DNA from: Octopus sinensis
Lineage: Eukaryota
Length of the DNA stretch: 64,000 nucleotides
NCBI RefSeq assembly: GCF_006345805.1
Contig: NC_042997.1
Span: 160,394,001-160,458,000, forward strand
Direction of reading: 5' to 3'
Below, piece by piece: positions 63,073 to 64,000 of this stretch (within the stretch, counting starts at the first letter, position 1; every line of letters begins with the position of its first letter). The position numbers and the translations under genes were made by a program. The notes under the pieces were generated by a model. The model searched no databases. It saw only the letters and a program-made list of their open reading frames with translations, and was not told where the DNA came from.

Positions 63073-63271
63073 TATCACTTTTTATTTCACTTAATGTTAG
63101 ACCCTGTTATTTTCTTATTGAAGAGGATATTTGTGATCTGAGACAAATTTTACTTCTGTTTCTAGTAGGTCAACGATGGATTGTGTTACGCATATTGTTC
63201 AAGAATAATTTTTGTTATTTTCATTTAAGCTTAATAATATCATCTTAACGTAATTTATAATGTATCTAGAC

Positions 63272-63340
63272 CAGTGCTTTTCAACCTTTTTACTGGAGCG
63301 GAACCCTAATGTTTCGCGGAACCCTGGTTGAAAACCACTG
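63272..63340. mobile_element. 69-bp hAT (Charlie/Buster-like) MITE
   Basis: TIRs cagtgcttttcaacc / ggttgaaaaccactg; 8-bp TSD ATCTAGAC at 63264-63271 and 63341-63348. Confidence 0.9.
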
Positions 63341-64000
63341 ATCTAGACCTACGTAAACTTGTCATTTTTTCCTTGTAAGGCATTAATTAGGATGTTTATT
63401 TAAAGGCAATTTTGCTGCTACCATATAGAGTCTATCTTTTGGTTCGTATTGTGCAAATGTGTGCATGTGTGCATGTCTTTTCTGTATGAGATTAGCGCGT
63501 GTAAGGTTTATATATAAAGTAACTTCTAGCAGTATATTTTGTAAAAATCAAGTTTTTTCTATAGATTAATTAAATGGGTTCAACAGAAAATGGTTCTGTT
63601 ATGATGTACGACCACTGGTATGGATATATAAGATGTGCTTTCTTGTAATATATATGAAAATATTATAGTATCATCCACTACGTATTATAGTGTCAGCCTG
63701 TACAAAATCCTTGGATGCAGAAGCCTTTTTTCTGATCAGTGGATTAAAACAGGGTCTCTCAAACAACTCGGTGGAAAAAATTCTAGGGTTCCATGAAATA
63801 AGGTGTCTTTATATAAAAATTAAATAAGTGTAATTTATAGAAGAAACTTTACACATAAGTTTATCTAAATAAAACAGTTATTGTATTTTTTTGTGCGATG
63901 ATGTTCTCTATCTTAAATAATTCTTGCTTCAGCTAAGGTCTTATTACCAGTAAAGTGGCAACAAGGATCGTCGCTAAAAGATAGAATAACTCAATCGACA

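Overview
Eukaryotic, AT-rich, repeat-dominated window with no CRISPR array, rRNA or bona fide tRNA gene. The SINE families, dense microsatellites and LINE mix point to a coleoid cephalopod, most likely Octopus (inferred from recognised repeat families, not from a search). Most of the window is transposon-derived: mariner/Tc1/maT relics, an RTE LINE interrupted by a near-intact CR1-type LINE, three to four Tx1/L1-like relics, R4/Dong and HERO relics, Penelope-like terminal repeats, tRNA-derived SINEs, Helitrons and several MITEs. There is also a 4.3-kb A/T-tract satellite at 30.85-35.19 kb. The only well-supported host coding sequence is a signal peptide + PAN/apple exon at 62470-62824 (+); one further plausible internal exon lies at 5969-6103 (+). 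Most long entries in the ORF track are artefacts of microsatellites or the satellite. The most striking observation is a core-intact type I hammerhead ribozyme motif (46631-46677) in the middle of a 337-bp element with perfect 59-bp terminal inverted repeats and GAG...CTC ends, i.e. a DNA-transposon-like MITE carrying a self-cleaving RNA motif. Three further hammerhead-like motifs lie in Penelope-type repeats (1465-1590, 19231-19278, 61719-61766). All structures were derived by eye; nothing was searched or folded computationally.
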